The notes under the pieces are model-generated. The model saw nothing but the letters and a program-made list of their open reading frames with translations. It ran no database searches and had not been told where the DNA came from. The position numbers and the translations under genes are program-made. From Acidilobaceae archaeon (lineage in GTDB: Archaea > Thermoproteota > Thermoprotei_A > Sulfolobales > Acidilobaceae): a DNA stretch of 64,000 bases. This document shows positions 59,043 through 64,000 of the stretch, one piece after another (position 1 is the stretch's first letter; every line of letters starts with the position of its first letter). The stretch is from contig JAWAWX010000001.1 in the NCBI GenBank assembly GCA_038897215.1, positions 992,001-1,056,000 of the forward strand, in the 5' to 3' direction.

Positions 59043-59123
59043 GCGTGTGCCCCGCCCCTGACCCCCTCTTCTCATACGCCAGCCGTGACGCGGCTCTCCT
59101 CGAGAGGGTTACCCTAGCGGGGC
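59043..59123 (-). ncRNA. single-hairpin H/ACA pseudouridylation guide RNA (candidate)
   Basis: Reverse complement: lower stem GCCCCGC/GCGGGGC directly followed by ACA+3 nt; pocket TAGGGTAA/GGTCAGGG; upper stem CCCTCTC/GA(A)GAGGG; tandem GA K-turn-like motif; apical AGCCG/CGGCT; TTTAAA upstream at about 59148-59153. Confidence 0.7.
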
Positions 59124-59158
59124 CATCTATTGGTGTGTAGTGTGAGCTTTAAAGAGCT

Positions 59159-59704
59159 TCAAGGAAATGCTAGGTCCTGCTGGCGGAAAAACTTAGGCAG
59201 CCTGACCCCCCTCTGCCCCTGGTAGTCTCCGGAGTAGGGCTTCTCCGAGGGGACTCCTAGCTTGACTAAGACTAGGTGGAGGAACCTGTCTCCAGCGTAG
59301 AGCTTGACTGGGAAGCTTGAGCCCACGATCTCTATGGTTAGCTGGCCTTCGAAGCCCGCGTCTACCACAGTTGAGGGTATGTAGAGACCTGTTCTAGCCC
59401 AGGTGCTCCGCAGGTTCACAAGCCCAGCTAGGTAGGGTGGGAGCTTTATGTACTCGAGAGTGTGTAGCAACACGTGCTCCCTAGGCTTGACCACTATCTC
59501 CTCGGACTCTGAGCACTCATAGAACTCGCTAGGGTCTCCCGGGTTCCTTGGGTCTAGAGTGCTGAGCGTCTCCTTGAATCTACAGTAGCCAGTACCGAGC
59601 CTCAAGTCGAGCCCGTTCTCTCTGACGATCTCGGGGCTGAAGGGCTCGACAACTAGCTCTCCGGCTCTGATAAGTATCAATATCTCTCTATCGCTCAGAA
59701 TCAA
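59159..59704 (-). CDS. dcd: dCTP deaminase
   Basis: ILSD, DLRLG, LRSTWARTG, VDAGFEGQLTIE, YQGQ. Confidence 0.94.
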   Translation of the reverse strand: MILSDREILILIRAGELVVEPFSPEIVRENGLDLRLGTGYCRFKETLSTLDPRNPGDPSEFYECSESEEIVVKPREHVLLHTLEYIKLPPYLAGLVNLRSTWARTGLYIPSTVVDAGFEGQLTIEIVGSSFPVKLYAGDRFLHLVLVKLGVPSEKPYSGDYQGQRGVRLPKFFRQQDLAFP

Positions 59705-59815
59705 CTATGCCACCGAGTTATCCCTCTAGAGCTCTCTAAGCTTTAAATCGGGGGAGCTCCGAGGGCATGCTCTAGATTAAGACCTTAAACCCGAGACTCT
59801 CTCTCCCCTAGAAGC

Positions 59816-61099
59816 TTGGGATGCGCTTCTTTGAGAGTAGAGACTAGACTTGGGAAGGACGAGATGCTGAGAGTCTTCGGGCCAGCTTTGATCAAAGTGG
59901 AGAAGGGGATAGTGAGTGTTCTGGGAGCAGAGCTAGAGCAGGGAGACTCATTCCCCGTCGACGAGTTCAGAAGCTATGTTGTTAGAGCTGAAGCCGACGC
60001 TCTGCTGGTAGTTGAGCTAGGAGCTGGAGCTAGGCTCGAGCCATCGGCTCTCGAGGAGGAGCCTTATAGCGAGTGGGTTAGTGTTGCCGACGAGATTGTA
60101 GACGAGTGTAGAGACGTCTTTTGCCGTATCGCAGTAATAGGGCCTGTGGATGCAGGGAAGACTAGCATCGTGGCTCTCATAGCTAACAGAGCTCTAGCCG
60201 CCGGAGTGAGGCCCGCTGTAGTGGACTGTGATATCGGGCAAGCAGACTTGGGGCCTCCTGGCTTCACGGGACTAGCGTTCCCCTCGAGCTGGGTATCCTG
60301 GCTTAGGAGGCTAGATCCAGAGTTTCTGAGATTCGTTGGGTCTATCGAGCCAGCTGTGGTTAGCGAGGAGCTGATTCTAGCTTGTAGAGAGCTAGTCGAA
60401 AAGGCGTCGACATCGAGTAAAGCCGATGTAGTCATCGTGGATACAGATGGGTGGATTGAGGGTCTCCGAGCTCTAAAGCATAAGCTCGCGCTCCTGAGAG
60501 CTTTGAGAGCAAGCCACGTAGTAGTCGTGGGTAGCAGCATCCTAGCAGAGGTTGTGAGAGGCTCTCTCAAGACTAGAGTCTACGAACTACCTCAGCCTCT
60601 AGTAGCATACACGCGATCACCTAGTGCTAGAAGAATGCTGAGACAGAGCAACTACAAGAGGTTCCTTGGAAACGCTCACATTGAAACCATAGACTTAAAG
60701 TCAGTCACAGTGGCATCCCCATGCCTAGCCAGACTAGTAGCGAGAACCGAGCGGAGTCAAATCTATGAAGACGAGGACTCTGTGATCGTAGAGTACCCAG
60801 GCGGAGTCTGCGTATACGCTAAGAGACCTCTAAAGCCTCAAGACCTGGCTAGGATCCAGAAGAGATACGGGAGGAGAGAAGTCGCTGTAATAGACCTCAA
60901 TAACATCAAGTACACTCTCTCAGCTTTAAGGAAACCTGATGGAAGCGATTGCCCAGCACTACTCCTAGACGTGGACATCCAAAACGCGACAGCAAAACTG
61001 CTAACCACATGCCACCCTCCATTCGTAGAGCTTCACCTAGGGAGAGTTAGGCTTAGCGAGAGCCTCCTAGAGATATCGAGAGGGAGAATAATCGTCTAG
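59816..61099 (+). CDS. Clp1/Grc3 polynucleotide 5'-OH kinase
   Basis: GPVDAGKTS, DCDIGQADLGPPG, VDTDGW, RRMLRQ lid. Confidence 0.88.
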   Translation: MGCASLRVETRLGKDEMLRVFGPALIKVEKGIVSVLGAELEQGDSFPVDEFRSYVVRAEADALLVVELGAGARLEPSALEEEPYSEWVSVADEIVDECRDVFCRIAVIGPVDAGKTSIVALIANRALAAGVRPAVVDCDIGQADLGPPGFTGLAFPSSWVSWLRRLDPEFLRFVGSIEPAVVSEELILACRELVEKASTSSKADVVIVDTDGWIEGLRALKHKLALLRALRASHVVVVGSSILAEVVRGSLKTRVYELPQPLVAYTRSPSARRMLRQSNYKRFLGNAHIETIDLKSVTVASPCLARLVARTERSQIYEDEDSVIVEYPGGVCVYAKRPLKPQDLARIQKRYGRREVAVIDLNNIKYTLSALRKPDGSDCPALLLDVDIQNATAKLLTTCHPPFVELHLGRVRLSESLLEISRGRIIV

Positions 61100-61215
61100 A
61101 CCCTCTCGCAAGCCAGCTCTACAAGACCCCAGAGCGGAGAGAGCAGAGTAACTCACTCAATGCAAAGCTCAAGCAATCACTTTAAGGTCTCGCTCAAGGG
61201 AGGAGAGGAGAAGGG

Positions 61216-61292
61216 GGGCCGGTAGCTCAGCCTGGAAGAGCGCTCGGCTTGCACCCGAGAGGTCCCGGGTTCAAGTCCCGGCCGGTCCACCA
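61216..61292 (+). tRNA. tRNA-Ala(TGC)
   Basis: GGGCCGG...CTCGG-CT-TGC-AC-CCGAG...CCGGTCCACCA; G3:U70 pair; TTTAAG at 61181. Confidence 0.97.
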
Positions 61293-61376
61293 ATCTCTAA
61301 AACTCATTCTCGCAACCCGTTGGAGAGAGGGATTCTATTTAAGCTAGGTCTCTAGAAGCTCGCGAAGGGGCTAGAG

Positions 61377-62840
61377 GTGAGTATAGAGTCTGGAGGCAAG
61401 CCGAGTCGAGCGCAGTGGGCTACCAACTTCTCTCAGTGGTTTGACACGTTTATAGAGAAGGCTGAGGTATACGATTATGGGAGATACCCAGTTAAAGGAA
61501 TGGGTGTATGGCTACCGTACGGGTTCCAGTTGAGGAGGAGGGTTCTCGAGATCCTGAGAAATCTCCTCGATGAGACAGGGCACGAGGAGGTGCTCTTTCC
61601 TCTACTAATCCCGGAGGATATGTTGAAGAGAGAGTCTGAGCATATCAGAGGCTTTGAGAACGAGGTCTACTGGGTGACACACGGAGGCCTAGAGCCTCTC
61701 GACGTCAAGCTAGCCTTAAGACCTACTAGCGAAACCGTCATAACTTACTTCGAGAATCTCTGGATAAAGAGCTACAAGCAGCTACCCAAGAAGTTCTACC
61801 AGATAGTCAGCGTGTTTAGATACGAGACGAAAGCCACGAGACCAATGGTTAGACTTAGAGAGGTGACTACCTTCAAGGAGGCACACACAGTCCACCATAG
61901 CTTCGAAGACTCTGAGAGACAGATTCTCGAAGCTGTCGATGTGTACAAGAGGTTCTTCGACAAGTTAGGCATACCCTACGTCATATCGAGGAGACCGGAG
62001 TGGGACAAGTTTGCTGGAGCACTCTACACCATAGCCTTCGATACAATCATGCCAGATGGGAGAGTACTCCAGATAGGGACAGTGCACAACCTAGGGCAGA
62101 ACTTCACTAAAGCATTCGGGTTCAGGATACAGCTAGCCGACGGGACTCTCGACTACCCCTGGCAGACCAGCTACGGGGTTAGCGATAGAGTGATAGCGAC
62201 ACTCATAGCCATAAATGGCGACGATAGAGGACTAGTCATCCCCCCAGAGGTGGCTCCAATCCAGGTCGTCGTGATCCCAATACCCTCAGGGAGCCCCGCT
62301 GAGAACACCAAGATACTGGAGATGGCTAGAAGCGTGGCTGAGAATCTGAAGAGAGAAGGTGTGAGGGTTCACGTAGACGATAGAGAGGAGCTACGCCCCG
62401 GCGCTAAGTACTACTACTGGGAGGCTAAGGGTGTACCGCTTAGAATAGACTTGGGAGTCGAGGAGTATAGGAGCGAGACTCTCACCATGACTCGTAGAGA
62501 CACTCTAGCCAAGACTAGAGTGCCTCTCGAGGAGGTCGTGTCAGCCACTAGGAAGCTCTTAGAGAGCGTCTCGGAGAGCCTGAAGCAGAGAAACTGGGAG
62601 TTCTTCAAGTCCAAGATCTCTAGAGTAGACTCGATCGAGGATGCTAGAGAGTCTCTGAGAGAGAGAGGCGGGATAGTCGAGACCCCATGGTGTGGCTCAG
62701 AGGAGTGCGCGAAGAGAGCAGAAGAGCTGATAGACGCTAGATGCCTGGGTACACCCTGGCCTCTAAGAGAAACCGATGGCTTCTGCCCTCTGTGCTCGAG
62801 AAAAGCCGTGACTCTACTAAGATACGCCAAGACATATTAG
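61377..62840 (+). CDS. proS: prolyl-tRNA synthetase (archaeal/eukaryal type)
   Basis: [35 protein letters not shown], terminal YAKTY. Confidence 0.97.
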   Translation: MSIESGGKPSRAQWATNFSQWFDTFIEKAEVYDYGRYPVKGMGVWLPYGFQLRRRVLEILRNLLDETGHEEVLFPLLIPEDMLKRESEHIRGFENEVYWVTHGGLEPLDVKLALRPTSETVITYFENLWIKSYKQLPKKFYQIVSVFRYETKATRPMVRLREVTTFKEAHTVHHSFEDSERQILEAVDVYKRFFDKLGIPYVISRRPEWDKFAGALYTIAFDTIMPDGRVLQIGTVHNLGQNFTKAFGFRIQLADGTLDYPWQTSYGVSDRVIATLIAINGDDRGLVIPPEVAPIQVVVIPIPSGSPAENTKILEMARSVAENLKREGVRVHVDDREELRPGAKYYYWEAKGVPLRIDLGVEEYRSETLTMTRRDTLAKTRVPLEEVVSATRKLLESVSESLKQRNWEFFKSKISRVDSIEDARESLRERGGIVETPWCGSEECAKRAEELIDARCLGTPWPLRETDGFCPLCSRKAVTLLRYAKTY

Positions 62841-62865
62841 GTTAGAGGCTAGCCTTTCTCGAGGA

Positions 62866-63162
62866 GTGACCGAGATGGTTAAGAAGAGAGAGAGTAGAGG
62901 GAGAAGGAAAGGAGACAAGGGGAAAGCTAAAGCTATTCAGTGCGATAACTGCGGTAGAGTAGTGCCCAGCGATAAGGCTGTGTGCGTTACCCGCATGTAC
63001 GCTCCAGTCGAGCCCTCTCTAGCCAAGGAGTTGGAGAAGAAGGGAGCGATAATAATGAGGTATCCTGTAGAGAAATGCTACTGCATAAGCTGCGCTATAT
63101 TCTACGGAGTCATAAGGATTAGAGCTGAGGAAGAGAGGAAGCCGAAGACCATAGAGATCTAG
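62866..63162 (+). CDS. rps26e: 30S ribosomal protein S26e
   Basis: KKRESRGR, CDNCGRVVP-DKA, YCISCAI, IRA. Confidence 0.96.
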   Translation: MTEMVKKRESRGRRKGDKGKAKAIQCDNCGRVVPSDKAVCVTRMYAPVEPSLAKELEKKGAIIMRYPVEKCYCISCAIFYGVIRIRAEEERKPKTIEI

Positions 63163-63214
63163 GCGTAGATTCGAGGAGCCGACTCCCCTACTACAAGCCT
63201 GCAGGGCGGCTCTC

Positions 63215-63742
63215 TTGCACAGCTTCAACCTGATAGTAACACACCTCCCCGGACCTCATAATAAGAGGAGGAGTAGAGAGATCCTGGAGCAGCTTCTAGA
63301 CGTGGAGATCCTCGAGTCTAGACCTAGTGTGCTCATATGCAGAGTCCCGGAGCCTCTCCAGGCTGTTGAAGTGCTACGACGCAACCTGCCACCCAAGTCG
63401 CCCATACTCCGCGTGATCCCAGTCATAGCTGTTACGAGACCTCGACTAGATGAGGTTAAGAGAGCTGTCTTAGAGGCTATTGCTTCCCAGCCAGAGGGGT
63501 CTTTTGCTGTGAGAGTAGATGGCAGGTTCTGGAGCTCCTCGGGTGAGCCTTTGAGCAGACTTGATGTAGTGAAAGCTATAGCTGAGGATATAGACAGGAG
63601 AGTCGACTTGAGGAATCCCGATGTGCTGGTATACGTTAAGATAGTCAGATTCAGAGGTAGGAGGTGGGCTGCAGTCTACGTAGGCAAGCCTGACTACATT
63701 CTCTCCACGGTCAAGCTCGCTGGAGACCGTTCTTCACTATGA
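63215..63742 (+). CDS. THUMP domain RNA-binding protein
   Basis: ILRVIPV, SFAVRV, VDLRNPD. Confidence 0.85.
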   Translation: MHSFNLIVTHLPGPHNKRRSREILEQLLDVEILESRPSVLICRVPEPLQAVEVLRRNLPPKSPILRVIPVIAVTRPRLDEVKRAVLEAIASQPEGSFAVRVDGRFWSSSGEPLSRLDVVKAIAEDIDRRVDLRNPDVLVYVKIVRFRGRRWAAVYVGKPDYILSTVKLAGDRSSL

Positions 63743-64000
63743 TCTCGTAGAGTCTTCTGGGGTTTCTAGAGTATAATCTGAGCTTGTTGAGAGTCTTCTT
63801 GCCTCTAGCTGTGAGTTCCACGAATCTCCTTTGCTCACTCATATCCACAGAGACTCCCTCGGGTAGAGGGAAGCCTATCCCTTTCTTCGTCAAGAGCCCC
63901 GAGAAGACTATACCCTTATCTGTGACCACGTAGCTTCTTGGAACGTTGAGGATCGTTAGATGCTTCACTCTACTCAGCGCTAGCTGGATAGAGGCTTGGT
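63711..64000 (-). CDS. 3' end of a hypothetical protein truncated by the window edge
   Basis: The frame is open from 63711 to the edge with no upstream stop; beta-rich C-terminus. Confidence 0.5.
   Translation of the reverse strand, partial: QASIQLALSRVKHLTILNVPRSYVVTDKGIVFSGLLTKKGIGFPLPEGVSVDMSEQRRFVELTARGKKTLNKLRLYSRNPRRLYEIIVKNGLQRA

Overview
Gene-dense housekeeping region from a (hyper)thermophilic crenarchaeon, probably Desulfurococcales/Acidilobales-like. This is inferred from S26e, PriX, GINS23-MCM-Hel308, PCNA-PriS-GINS51, very GC-rich CCA-encoding tRNAs and frequent TTG/GTG starts. It carries translation and tRNA genes (tmcA, trmI, valS, ileS, proS, sua5, pelota, dph2, archease, clp1, L44e, S27e, S26e and six tRNAs), replication and repair genes (RFC-S/L, PCNA, PriS, PriX, both GINS, MCM, Hel308, XPD), a Moco/Wco cluster, TldD/PmbA and an ABC exporter. 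No CRISPR array, integrase or transposase was seen. The most unusual items are: (1) a free-standing, extein-less, apparently splicing-dead intein-derived protein (39196-40065) at the position where aIF2alpha-Nop10 usually follow rps27e; (2) a ferritin-like/encapsulin fusion nested inside the molybdopterin cluster and coupled to moaC; (3) candidate H/ACA and C/D guide RNAs absent from the ORF track; (4) a tRNA-Ser/tRNA-Pro tandem with a 1-nt spacer; (5) a solo Cas4 between ileS and tRNA-Ile; (6) visually very frequent CTAG/AGCT/TCGA palindromes. All calls come from motif recognition by eye; no searches were run.
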